This document shows, in pieces, positions 21,401 to 31,229 of a stretch of DNA of 64,000 nt (its first letter is position 1; the number at the start of each line of letters is the position of its first letter). A program made the translations under genes and the position numbers. Origin of the DNA: Cyanophora paradoxa CCMP329 (lineage: Eukaryota > Plantae > Glaucophyta); the NCBI GenBank assembly GCA_004431415.1, contig QPMI01000513.1, positions 1 to 64,000 on the forward strand, in the 5' to 3' direction. Under the pieces are notes generated by a model, which saw only the letters and a program-made list of their open reading frames with translations, ran no database searches and had not been told where the DNA came from.

Positions 21401-23715
21401 CTCGCCTGCCCTCCGAGGGCGTATTCCAGACGCTCGACAGGCGCGTGATGGGCGACTCGGACGTTATTTTGCGCAACGCCCTGATGCCCTACGGCGACTG
21501 GAACCGCGCCACCGCCGACGCCCTCGCGGACTTCGACCTCGAGCGATTCACCACCAAAGAGCAGCGCGATGCCTTCCTGGGGCGCCCGAGGGCAAGGCGG
21601 CCCGGGGTGGCCAAGGAGGCCCTCAGCGCGGAGACCCTCTTCTCGGCGGCGGGTACGGCGAACAACGATGGCATGCCCTTTGGTGTGGCCGATCTCTTTC
21701 AGGGGGCGGGCATCGACCTGGTGGGCGCCGGCCTGGGGGGTACGGGCTCGCGGGTCGGCAGGCGACTGGGAGCGGGGGCGGCCGGCCTCGGGCTGACGGC
21801 GCTGGGCGGGCTGCTCTCGTCGTACCAAGCCCTGGAGAGCGGACAGATCACGCAAGCGCAGTTCATGGACAACTTCCGCGACAGCATGATCATGACGGTG
21901 GGCTCGTTTGGCATTCAGCAGGGGCTTACCTCAGGTCTCCAATTCCTGAAGCCCGGAATGAAAATCGGGTTCGTGGGCGGCATGGGCCTGTCGATTCTTG
22001 CAGGAATGATCGCGGGCGTCTTCGTGGACATCCTGAACAAGAGGGACGTGGGTACCATCATCAAAAACTTTTTCATGTACCCCATCAACTGGGCGGCCGA
22101 TACAATTCAGTTCATCGGTAAGATCGCGCAGGACATGGTCGAGTGGGGCATCGAGACCTTTGGCTCCGAGGCCGAGCAGCTGAGGATGCGGATTCGGCGA
22201 ATCGAGGGTGAGCTAGGCGACAATCCCATGGGCGTTTTTACCGGAAGGGGCGGCGACAACGGGGCAATGAGACTCATCATGGAGATCGAAATGCTGAAGA
22301 TGGATGCGGGAAACCAGAAGCAGCCCGAAAGCCTGCAGAAGTTCATCCACGCGCTCGACAACGCAATCAACGATTACCGTACCCCCAAGGACCAGAAGAC
22401 TCTGCTCGAAATCGATCGCGCGACGGTGCTCTACCTATCGCAGCTCACGGAAACAATGCAGGATGGGCTGCTGGCCCTGAACATCGGCCTAAAGCAGGTG
22501 ATGCTGGATCTGAAGGAAATGGTGACGGCGGAGGCCAAGAACAGGAAGCGCGTGTTAATTGCCGTCTACCAGGAGGGCCTCAACAGGATCAATCACATCG
22601 AGGCCCTAAGGCGCGAATTCGGCTCGGCCATCCGTCACTCGGGTGTCTCGTCCAACGGAGGGGCGCAGGTGGCCCGCCTGGCGGACGCCAACTCGCGCCT
22701 CGAGATTCCGGGTACCTTCCGCATGCAGGATTGGTGGGAGGCCGAGGCATTCAGGAACTACGGGGCCTTCATAGACAACGGGATTAATTCGCAGAGCCCC
22801 AAGGCCAACTGGCTGGTACCCAAGGCGTACGTCGATAAATTGATGGACAGGCCCGCGGCACCTTACACCAAGAAGATCGCCAAAGGCGTAGAGTACTGGG
22901 CACCCGAGCCAGGCCAGCCCGTGTTTGCATCGCAGAACTACGAGTGGCATATGGCGCCGGGGGCGAGCCAGGCCGTCAGCACCGTGGGCGTTGCCGTACC
23001 GCAGCTGGCGGCCGTGGCGCATACAGGAGAGTACCAAGATCTAAAAGGGAGGCCGATGATACCGACAATTCCAGCAACTTGGGCGTGGGGTAACATCACG
23101 GGGAAGCCGAGCACGTACCCCCACGCAGATCACCAGCACACCCTCTCCGAAATCAGCGACTGGACGGCCCCGGACTTGTCAGGCGTCACCGTGGACTGGG
23201 AAACTCAAGTTACGGGGAAGCCTCTCACCTTCCCCCCCTCGACTCACAGTCACAACGTGGACTGGGAGACTCAAGTTACGGGGAAGCCTCTCACCTTCCC
23301 CCCCTCTACGCACAGTCACACAGAGTACTCGCTCACCGGCCACGGGCACAGAAACGTGAACATGGACGCTTACATTCAACACGGCACTTTCTTTCACACG
23401 TACTCCGCGAACACGGCTTTCGATCTCAACACAACATACATTGTCACGTTCAACATGAGTTTCCCGGAAGCGTACGACGCAGGTGGTGGCTTGTTACCTG
23501 TATGGCCCCAGCCAGGGGGGAACCCACCGCCAAACGTAACAGTTACCCCATCCATAAAACTTGGAGTGGATGTCGACATGACAGTGAACGTCTACGACGT
23601 CACCTACACCGGATTTGTCGTCAGAGTGAGGTTCAGGCCCACGATGTCAGAAACGATCATCGAATCTAAACGGCTCACGATCTACTGGATGGCAGCGGGC
23701 AAGCTGCTTATGTAA
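18491..23715 (+). CDS. Giant structural protein (about 1,700 aa): fibre repeats, Gly linker, TM, long coiled coil, hydrophobic tape-measure-like region, C-terminal lectin-like fibre head
   Basis: ORFs 18440-19477 and 19513-23715 join through G-run shifts (...FGGALIVGGIKYYKDRKGFVRQID). Contains HPHVKADITDWAH, KPLTFPPSTHSH repeats and TGFVVR...IYWMAAG. Confidence 0.65.
19276..19336 (+). repeat. Three tandem copies of a ~20-bp unit GGTGGGGTACAGGCACCGGG (Gly/Thr linker)
   Basis: Directly visible. Probably 21-bp in-frame units with collapsed G runs. Confidence 0.8.
23191..23320 (+). repeat. Two tandem 66-bp units (VDWETQVTGKPLTFPPSTHSH)
   Basis: Units start at 23191 and 23257. Confidence 0.85.
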
Positions 23716-23739
23716 TCGATTTTCTGATGCAATCCAAAA

Positions 23740-24942
23740 ATGTCAGTTGCTGTTCCTTTGTTCACCTACGCTGCCAGCGTGAATCACAAGGGCGATCACA
23801 CGATCAAAGAGACCACCCTCGGCAACCAGGCCACCGAGACCCCCTACAACGCCACGGCTGTCCCCTTCTCCGAGGCCAACCTCGTGCGCGTCGGCGAGCT
23901 GCGCTGCGACAAGATGCGCACGCGGGAGGGCGGGTCGGCCGTGCCGGGGCGCGTGAGGACGCAGAGGCTGACCGTCACGAACGGGGCCTGGGACGGGAGC
24001 GGGTACACCACAAACACCCTGACGTTCAACAACGCAGATGGGGAGGCGAATGCGGCCTTGTACGTGCAGGGAGGGGGCGCTAACGTGGTCGGGGGATTGA
24101 GAGTCAACGGGGCTGCGACGGTTACCGGCGTCGTCAACGCAGCCTCGGAGCTCAACTCCCCTAACATAACCGGAACCGCTAATCTGTCCAATGCAACTAT
24201 CGGTGCGCCGTCATCCGTCGCAACTTCCGTCTTGAACGTTAAAAGCAAAGACGTCGGAAGCGGACAATGGGCAAGCCTGTGGTGGGATTTCGACAACCGA
24301 CACTACATGGGCGTGAAAAACTACAAAGCGGCCGATCAAGCCACCGTGACCATATGGAACGATACAGCGGCCTGCCCTTTCCTTGTTGCTGCCCTGGGGT
24401 CTACGACAGGTCGCTCCATCGCAGCCGGGGGCACTGTCAACACCGCAGGAAGCGATTACGCAGAGTACATGCTAAAGAAATCCAACGACTTTGCCTTCAA
24501 CAAGGGCGATATCTGTGGGGTGAACGGCTCAGGACTCCTAACCAATCAATTTACGGAGGCCGTCACTTTCGTGGTGAAGAGCACCAACCCATCCTTCGTA
24601 GGGGGCGATACCTGGGGCCAGTCCCTTGGAATGGCCCCCCTGAAGCCGGAAACGGACGACCCCACCGCCCTCGCAGCCTACGAAGCCGCCCGCGCCGCCT
24701 GGGAGTCAGCGGCAGAGGCGAATCGGCAGCTGGTCGATCGGATTGCATTCTGTGGACAGGTCCCCGTGAACGTCAGCGGTGGGGGCCCGGGAGATTACGT
24801 GGTACCCACCCCAGGACCCAACGGAGCAATCGCCGCCCAGGCCGTGGCCGCCCCATCCTTCGACCAGTACAGGGTCGCCGTCGGTAGAATCATTCGAGTC
24901 GTTTCAGATACGCAGGCGCTAATTATCGTGAAGGTTGTCTGA
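23740..24942 (+). CDS. Fibre/spike protein with C-terminal intramolecular-chaperone (peptidase G2/S74-like) domain
   Basis: GSDYAEYM...GDICGV...DRIAFCGQVPVNV...GDYVVP. N-terminus homologous to 52201-53163. Confidence 0.8.
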   Translation: MSVAVPLFTYAASVNHKGDHTIKETTLGNQATETPYNATAVPFSEANLVRVGELRCDKMRTREGGSAVPGRVRTQRLTVTNGAWDGSGYTTNTLTFNNADGEANAALYVQGGGANVVGGLRVNGAATVTGVVNAASELNSPNITGTANLSNATIGAPSSVATSVLNVKSKDVGSGQWASLWWDFDNRHYMGVKNYKAADQATVTIWNDTAACPFLVAALGSTTGRSIAAGGTVNTAGSDYAEYMLKKSNDFAFNKGDICGVNGSGLLTNQFTEAVTFVVKSTNPSFVGGDTWGQSLGMAPLKPETDDPTALAAYEAARAAWESAAEANRQLVDRIAFCGQVPVNVSGGGPGDYVVPTPGPNGAIAAQAVAAPSFDQYRVAVGRIIRVVSDTQALIIVKVV

Positions 24943-25000
24943 TGAGCGATTACCACACAAATACAATAATACCCTGATTGTTGTTCTTCCACATAAGATT

Positions 25001-27073
25001 TTACATGAGCGCGTGAACGGCACTGGCGTCCGTAATAAACGTGTTAAAGAAGAGCACATCGTCGACCCAGCCGTTCCAGAGGTTCGCGGGGGATGACTCG
25101 GTGACACCCGCTCCAATGCGCAGGGGATACTGCGTGTTTGGAGCGTAGCCGGCTGTCCTTGTTTCTACGGTTGAGCCCACGCGAATGGAGTGTGTCGTGC
25201 CATTGTACCCTACGGCAATCTTATACTGCGTACCTGCATTCGCTGCACTCGTTCCGAAATCAGCCCACGCAGAGCCATTGCCCGGGTAGGACAGAAACAC
25301 ACCATTGCTCCTGTACAACGAGTAGCCCGTGAACAGGCCGCGGGATGCTACAGGGGTCCAATAAGTTCCTGTTGTCGTAGCGGTGAAAAGGCAGGAGCAA
25401 AGTACCGAGTACGTCGAGGTATTGAGGGCTGCAGAGTAGGGAACTTGCAGATAATGGGAGCTGCCGATATCGAATGTCACCCGGCCACTCGTATAGCGAG
25501 GTTGCAAAGATGCTGTATCCTGGGTCGCGTGCCTCCCACCCCCCGTCTGATCGTACATTGTCTGAACAGTTGCTGTGTACCCCGTCACCCAAGTCGTGTA
25601 ACTTGTTCCAGACCGATCGTACGCAGAATTCAAGACGCCTGAATAGTCAGCGTACCAATCGGCGGTAATTCCATCGCTGCGACGCAGACGGAGCGTGGGT
25701 CCGACATAAGAGGGCCGAACCCTTCGGGTTGAGTATGCGGCCACCAGTGCATTCTTGGTGGCCGTTGAAATGGTGGCGCTGTCCATAAAACTGTCAATTG
25801 TCGTCGCAAAGGCACTGCTGGAGGCAGGCCCCTCCTCGCCAATCTGGTTAACGCCCTTGACGGTGTAAGTGTAGGTCGTCCCGAACGCGGTCGTCGCGTC
25901 CGAATAGGGGCTGCTGACGTCGTTCGCGAGAAAGACGCCGTCCCTGTAAATGTTGTAGGAGACGGTGACGCCCGTCGCCGGCGCCGACCAGGCAAGCACC
26001 ACTGGCTGGGCGGCCCCCGCCGTCGGAGTCGCGGTGAGCTCCGTGGGCGCCGCCGGATCCGTGGTGACGTACGTCACTATGCTCTTCAGTCCCTCCCCTC
26101 CCGAGTTCGTCGCGGAGACCTGGTACTCGTACCCCGTACCCCAGATCGTGGTCGCGTCGCTATAGGAGTTGGTCGCGGAGTCTGCGAGGTAGGCCCCGTC
26201 CCTGTAGATCTTGTACCCCGTCGCCCCCGTTGGCGCCGTCCAGCTGAGGCTGACGGGCTGCTCTATGTCGTCGGGCGCAGTCGCCGTCACGTTCGTGGGC
26301 GCGTTCGGCGGCGTCGTCCAGACCGGGAGCGGATCGGACTTTTCGTATTCGACCCCGCCCACGATGCCGGCCACCTGGTAGGAGTACTCCGTACCCCACG
26401 CAAGGGCAGTGCTATCGTCGATGTACGAGGTAGCTAGGGCGCTGCTTGCGAATCCGATAGGGGTGCCGTCTCTGTAAATTCGAATCGAGTCCGTGCCCTC
26501 CATGGCCACCCAATTGATTGTGACGACGATGGCGGGTTTCGGGAAGCCGGAAGACGCGGGGCCGCCCCCGGCAATAAAATCGCCGTAGGTCTGGGCCGTG
26601 GCGGTTGTGAGCGTGGTGTACGCCTCGATCTGAGGGTTGAAGCCGCTCAGGCCTTGGAAGAGAATGTAATTGCTTGTAGTGCCCTCGTGCGTGTAGAGAA
26701 GCGACTGTGCGTAGGTTGTGGGTGGGGCTTTGCCATCGGAGCCCGTGCTGCTGCTGCCCTGCTCGCGAACCGCGGCCACCCGGTAGAGACGTAGCTCGCC
26801 AAAATTAAAGGGCGTGTCCGTGTACGTGAGCGTGGGGGCGTTCACAGTGTTCACCAGCGTCCAGGTGCCATTGAGGCTCGTCGCCCTGTACACCTTGTAC
26901 TTGACGGCGTTGGTGACAGCACCCCAGTTCAGTCGAAATCCGTAGGTACCGCCCCCGTTGTTGAGCACGGAGCCCGATCGCACCTGGGGCCTGCCCACAG
27001 TGAGCGAGATCGGCTCCACGCCGTACTGCGGGGCCTGCACCACCTGTTTCTTCACGAATACGAAGCGTGGCAT
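25001..27073 (-). CDS. Fibronectin-III repeat protein with C-terminal concanavalin/LamG-like (arabinofuranosidase-B-like) domain
   Basis: Four Fn3-like units (W....A..Y.IYR.G...Y.D......Y.Y.V) followed by AAYSTRRVRPSYVGPTLRLRRS...MYDQTGGGRHATQ. Confidence 0.8.
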   Translation of the reverse strand: MPRFVFVKKQVVQAPQYGVEPISLTVGRPQVRSGSVLNNGGGTYGFRLNWGAVTNAVKYKVYRATSLNGTWTLVNTVNAPTLTYTDTPFNFGELRLYRVAAVREQGSSSTGSDGKAPPTTYAQSLLYTHEGTTSNYILFQGLSGFNPQIEAYTTLTTATAQTYGDFIAGGGPASSGFPKPAIVVTINWVAMEGTDSIRIYRDGTPIGFASSALATSYIDDSTALAWGTEYSYQVAGIVGGVEYEKSDPLPVWTTPPNAPTNVTATAPDDIEQPVSLSWTAPTGATGYKIYRDGAYLADSATNSYSDATTIWGTGYEYQVSATNSGGEGLKSIVTYVTTDPAAPTELTATPTAGAAQPVVLAWSAPATGVTVSYNIYRDGVFLANDVSSPYSDATTAFGTTYTYTVKGVNQIGEEGPASSSAFATTIDSFMDSATISTATKNALVAAYSTRRVRPSYVGPTLRLRRSDGITADWYADYSGVLNSAYDRSGTSYTTWVTGYTATVQTMYDQTGGGRHATQDTASLQPRYTSGRVTFDIGSSHYLQVPYSAALNTSTYSVLCSCLFTATTTGTYWTPVASRGLFTGYSLYRSNGVFLSYPGNGSAWADFGTSAANAGTQYKIAVGYNGTTHSIRVGSTVETRTAGYAPNTQYPLRIGAGVTESSPANLWNGWVDDVLFFNTFITDASAVHALM

Positions 27074-27112
27074 TTTCCTCTACGATCCGAAAAAATATCT
27101 GCCCCGGGGTAA

Positions 27113-27793
27113 ATGACTTCCAACTGGAACCAGACTCTCAAAGGTGATCTGGATGTTGGTACCAACGCCAAGGATTTCGCACGCATCTCCTCTGGCAGCT
27201 ACGTGGACGTCTTCCTGCAGAATCCCGTCGTGATTCAGGCCGTTCAGAACGCCTATGCCACGCCCAAGATTTACTCCTATCAGCTCTTCTTCGACCCTCT
27301 GAGCCTCAGCGCAGAGGTAATCGAGCTGCTGCACGAATCAGGACTCGTGAAAAAGGTGGCACCTGCCACGGCCACTGCCAACGTCTTGCGCTGTCTCGAG
27401 GTCAAGTTCAGGGAGACGGGGTACGGCCCCACCGTGAACCGGTACCCCAGTTCTTCGAATCTTCCGGGTACGGGAACTTACCAGATGAGGGGTACGCTCA
27501 AGGGCGACGTGCTCTTCACGAAATTCAATCCAAGTCCCGCGACCCTGGGGGCCCTCTACACGGGCGGCAACCCACGCGGCTCGACTCTACCCCGCTTCCC
27601 CTTCACCTTTTTCAGGTTCCAGGTCTTCCCCCTCTCCTACGCCGCCGACCAGCCCCACTTCAGCACGGGCGCCAGCCTCTGCGCGGAGCTGCGCGAGTGC
27701 TCGATTTCCTACGCGTACGGCACCGACTGGGACTCTGTGCCTGGGGCCCGCGTCATGAACATCGGTGGCGACATCACCCTCTTTCACGGATAA
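27113..27793 (+). CDS. Hypothetical protein, paralog A
   Basis: Shares QNPV, SGL.KK..P, LE.KF, NPR...PR..FT.F.F and G..L.AEL.E with 27817-28629. Confidence 0.7.
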   Translation: MTSNWNQTLKGDLDVGTNAKDFARISSGSYVDVFLQNPVVIQAVQNAYATPKIYSYQLFFDPLSLSAEVIELLHESGLVKKVAPATATANVLRCLEVKFRETGYGPTVNRYPSSSNLPGTGTYQMRGTLKGDVLFTKFNPSPATLGALYTGGNPRGSTLPRFPFTFFRFQVFPLSYAADQPHFSTGASLCAELRECSISYAYGTDWDSVPGARVMNIGGDITLFHG

Positions 27794-27816
27794 TCTTTCT
27801 CATTTGAGGTCGCAAA

Positions 27817-28629
27817 ATGCCGACCACCTCGGCCACCATCGTGAAGACCGTGTCTGCCGGCTCGATCGTCCCCGATTTCTACGGCAACGCTGGGAACGTG
27901 GCCAACGCAGGGACGGACAAGGTGGAGTGGGACGGAAACTACGCCACCCCGCTCACCGTGAGGGTCCAGAATCCCGTCATGTTGCGCGTCACCTCCAACG
28001 ATTTCGAGAATCCCGCCTCCTGCTCCGTGTACGTGTACTTTGACATCGACTCGGGCGTGAGCGCGGATGAGGCGGAGGCGCTCTGGCTCTCGGGCCTCCT
28101 GAAAAAGATAGAACCCTCTGTGCCTGATCGGCCCGCCATTCGCGTGCTCGAACTCAAGTTCACCGCTAACACCGCCCTCACTCGCAAATTTGCGAATGGT
28201 GCGAATCCGAACATCAAAACGCATTTAGATGGCGCCCTCATCGATGCCACACACAAGACCACGCAGGCCGTTCCCTTTGAGATGTACAACCTCTGGAAGA
28301 TGACCGCAAAGGAGATGATGACGAATGCCACCACGGGCGGCGCCTCGGGTACCGATTATTCATACGGCGCCTCGAATCCCCGTACCCAGGTCTGGCCCCG
28401 GCTCCTCTTCACGAAATTCACTTTCAAATTGTACAACAACATCGCCGGAATGCCTACCTCTGGAATGGTCGTGGGCTCTACCCTCATGGCCGAACTAATT
28501 GAGGCAGAGGCGGACTACACGATTGCGACTACCAACTCGACAGCGCCAGGCGCCGGAGCCGAAGTTTACGTGGCCTGGGAAACGGTCGGTCGCGAGTACG
28601 ACACCAAGATTCACACCACTAGCGTCTAG
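27817..28629 (+). CDS. Hypothetical protein, paralog B
   Basis: Shared motifs as for paralog A; TCTTTCT motif upstream. Confidence 0.7.
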   Translation: MPTTSATIVKTVSAGSIVPDFYGNAGNVANAGTDKVEWDGNYATPLTVRVQNPVMLRVTSNDFENPASCSVYVYFDIDSGVSADEAEALWLSGLLKKIEPSVPDRPAIRVLELKFTANTALTRKFANGANPNIKTHLDGALIDATHKTTQAVPFEMYNLWKMTAKEMMTNATTGGASGTDYSYGASNPRTQVWPRLLFTKFTFKLYNNIAGMPTSGMVVGSTLMAELIEAEADYTIATTNSTAPGAGAEVYVAWETVGREYDTKIHTTSV

Positions 28630-28984
28630 ACTGGCTAAGCTGCATTAGTGCCTGCGCCGCCTCCATCATCTCCGCAATCTCTTCGCTCTTCTCCCGCAGG
28701 CTTGTACCCTCCCTCTTCTTCTTCTGGATCTCCGACATCGATACCCAGCGCAGGTTTTCCCTCCTGTAGTCCAGCGGGTTGCCGTTGATGTGCTCCACGT
28801 ACAGTCCACGTGGCGGCTTCCCGAGGATGAGCTGGGAGAGGTAGTGCTTGCGCCTTCCAAATGTCTTCGTCACCCTGCCCCTGTCCAGTCGCCAGGGAAA
28901 CTCCATCGCACTCCGGGGTACGTCCGAGTTGACCAGGACGTTGTAGGGCAGGTCGCAGGAGTCGGTGCACTTGAGCAGGGCCAT
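28619..28984 (-). CDS. HNH homing-endonuclease-like protein
   Basis: VEHINGNPLDYRRENLRWVS, compared with canonical DHINGN.LDNR..NLR; the substitutions may inactivate it. Confidence 0.75.
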   Translation of the reverse strand: MALLKCTDSCDLPYNVLVNSDVPRSAMEFPWRLDRGRVTKTFGRRKHYLSQLILGKPPRGLYVEHINGNPLDYRRENLRWVSMSEIQKKKREGTSLREKSEEIAEMMEAAQALMQLSQSRR

Positions 28985-29016
28985 TTTGCCCTAGGCTCAG
29001 AAAATGTTCGACCGGG

Positions 29017-29117
29017 GACCTTGGACCTTGGTGCTCGGACCTTGGTGCTTGGTGCTTGGTGCTTGGTGCTTTGGAAGCGTTTCTCTCAGGACCCGGGCCC
29101 AGACTTTCTCCAGGATC
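29017..29117 (-). repeat. Inverted-repeat arm L: (CTTGGTG)n heptamer tract plus ~50-bp unique part
   Basis: Reverse complement matches 29416-29471 plus 54432-54475. Confidence 0.85.
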
Positions 29118-29156
29118 GGAAATTTGTCAGACAAGTCAGGTGAGTTTTTCTACGGA

Positions 29157-29235
29157 CTTTTTTACTCGTAGTCTTTTTTAGTCGTACCACCCCTCATACT
29201 CTTTTTTACTCGTAGTCTTTTTTACTCTTACGACT
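29157..29235 (+). repeat. Iteron-like direct repeats CTTTTTTA(C/G)TCGTA
   Basis: Four imperfect copies inside the IR-bounded non-coding spacer. Confidence 0.7.
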
Positions 29236-29415
29236 TCTCGTACCCTCTGTCTCTTGACATCTCGCTTGAAATCGCTCTCGAAAACTCTGTCGACATTTCA
29301 GACTCTACCTCTCTCGAAATCTCACCTGGAATGTCACCGGAAACGTCGTATGCAAAATGCAGTACCCCTTTCTAAGTCTGCCCGATGGTTAATGACTTGG
29401 CGCGGCAAACTCGCA

Positions 29416-29471
29416 GATCCAGAGAAAGTCTGGACCCAGACTCTGAGAGTAACGCTTCCAAAGCACCAAGC
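29416..29471 (+). repeat. Inverted-repeat arm R (first part; continues at 54426-54475 after the PLV)
   Basis: GATCCAGAGAAAGTCTGGACCCAGACTCTGAGAGTAACGCTTCCAAAGCACCAAGC is the imperfect reverse complement of 29061-29117. Confidence 0.85.
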
Positions 29472-30338
29472 GCTCGCTTGGGGGTAGCCCCCACCAATTG
29501 CGCGACCTTCCCGCGACCATTTTCAATAAGCACATTTTCAGCATCACGAATCTCAGTCACAAAATCACAAATTCGCACTGAGCCACATTGTATTTTTCAA
29601 ACATCTAACCCTTCCTTACTGAAACCAATCACGAAACCCTTTCATTCTTCATTTTTCTAATTCCTTACCATTCCCAGTAAGCCCTTTAACTTTCCCCGAT
29701 CTCTCAGTAAGGACAGTAAGACCCTCATTTTTACGAAATGTTCCCGATCGTTTCCGGACTGTTTTCAGTTACCCAAATTGAAAAATCAAGGTGAGCCCAC
29801 CAATTAAACAAGTGATCCCCACTTAAAGCAGTTAATATACTGTAACAATGGCAAGCAATCAAGTAAATTTACCTGAGAGTAAGCGGTGCAATGTTTGCGA
29901 TAAGGTAAAACCGGCATCGAGTTATGCATTGCAAAAGCGTAGCTCAGGGAATGTACTTTTGAATTGGAGATGCAAAGACTGCGACCGAGAGTATCACAAT
30001 TACCTTTATCATTGTGTGTTAAAAACGCGTCCGAAGATCGAAGTACAATCGAAGATATGCTCGCACTGCAAGATTGAGAAGCTTGCAAGTGAGTTTAATA
30101 AAAGACAAAGAACGAAGGATGGTCTCAACTACCAATGCCGAGAGTGTTATAGCAAAACACGTAAGAGTTAAACCGAATTTCATTTTATATTTTTTAAAGC
30201 AAGTTTGTGCATGAGCAAGCATGCCGAAAATGCCCACCTGCACAAACTTGCGAGATCAAGGTAAGCCCCACCGACAAAGTACGACGATAGACCACGTTAA
30301 AATAAACTCGCGCCCCGCCCACTATGCAAGATACATGC
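29472..30338 (+). repeat. Left terminal inverted repeat (867 bp)
   Basis: Reverse complement of 53557-54425; the only differences noticed are two C-run length changes. Confidence 0.97.
29848..30171 (+). CDS. TIR-encoded protein with two CxxC...CxxC zinc-binding repeats
   Basis: KRCNVC...CKDC and KICSHC...KDGLNYQCREC; identical copy at 53724-54047. Confidence 0.7.
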   Translation: MASNQVNLPESKRCNVCDKVKPASSYALQKRSSGNVLLNWRCKDCDREYHNYLYHCVLKTRPKIEVQSKICSHCKIEKLASEFNKRQRTKDGLNYQCRECYSKTRKS

Positions 30339-30388
30339 AAACAACATGCGAGATACATATATAAATTGTTTTTCTCTTCCTATAATAA

Positions 30389-31198
30389 ATGAAGACTCAC
30401 TTTTACCATAAATATACCGGCAACAAGTATAATGAAATGAATACGATCTATCCATATATCGATTTAGAAGGAATTAATAAAGTTATAGAACCGTTTTGTG
30501 GTTCAGGTGCTTGTAGTTTCTATCTTTGGGAAAAGCATAAAGACCGGTTTGATTATTATATGAATGATAACGACGAAACCCATACCCTTTTTTTGAATAC
30601 AATGAAAGACCCAGACAATAAAGTTAAACTCTTAGAGAGTCTTAAACAGTTCGAAGCAGTTAGCAATATAGAAGAGCACAAAGAAGTCTATAAGAAGTTT
30701 CTACAACATGATCGTAAAGATGCAATGGATTACTTAGCTCACCATTTCTATCTTCTTAAAAACAGCATTTTAAATGTTAAAACCCTCCGTGATTTCAAAA
30801 AACGAAACGTAAAGGTGAGTCCATATACAACTCTTAAAAATAAGATACCTTACGATGATTTCATAAAAGAAGTCAACCTATCCCATGGGGATTTTCGCGA
30901 TATCTTAGCGAAATATAGAGATGACGAAGCGGCTTTTATATTTCTCGATCCTCCATACGTAAACAGCAATAATGACTTTTACGAAAATGTAGAATTCGAT
31001 TTAGAAACCTTCTTTTTGGATTTGGAAGACCTATTTAAGACAGCGAAATGCAAGGTTATGATGGTTGTAAATGATGCTCTTTTAATGAAACTACTATTTA
31101 AACCCTATATTCGCCATACGTATGGCAAAGTGTATGGTATGACAAAAAAGAAAAGAAACCATCTCATTATGACTAACTATGAACTTGGTGAAAAATAG
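30389..31198 (+). CDS. DNA N6-adenine methyltransferase, Dam/D12 class
   Basis: Motif I IEPFCGSGA and motif IV FIFLDPPY. Confidence 0.92.
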   Translation: MKTHFYHKYTGNKYNEMNTIYPYIDLEGINKVIEPFCGSGACSFYLWEKHKDRFDYYMNDNDETHTLFLNTMKDPDNKVKLLESLKQFEAVSNIEEHKEVYKKFLQHDRKDAMDYLAHHFYLLKNSILNVKTLRDFKKRNVKVSPYTTLKNKIPYDDFIKEVNLSHGDFRDILAKYRDDEAAFIFLDPPYVNSNNDFYENVEFDLETFFLDLEDLFKTAKCKVMMVVNDALLMKLLFKPYIRHTYGKVYGMTKKKRNHLIMTNYELGEK

Positions 31199-31229
31199 AG
31201 TAATTAAAATATTTGTTAAATAATTAATA

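Noticed and set aside
29017-29072. Heptamer tracts as CRISPR array or telomeric repeat
   Set aside because: No spacers or cas genes; short, degenerate, internal and part of a larger IR arm.
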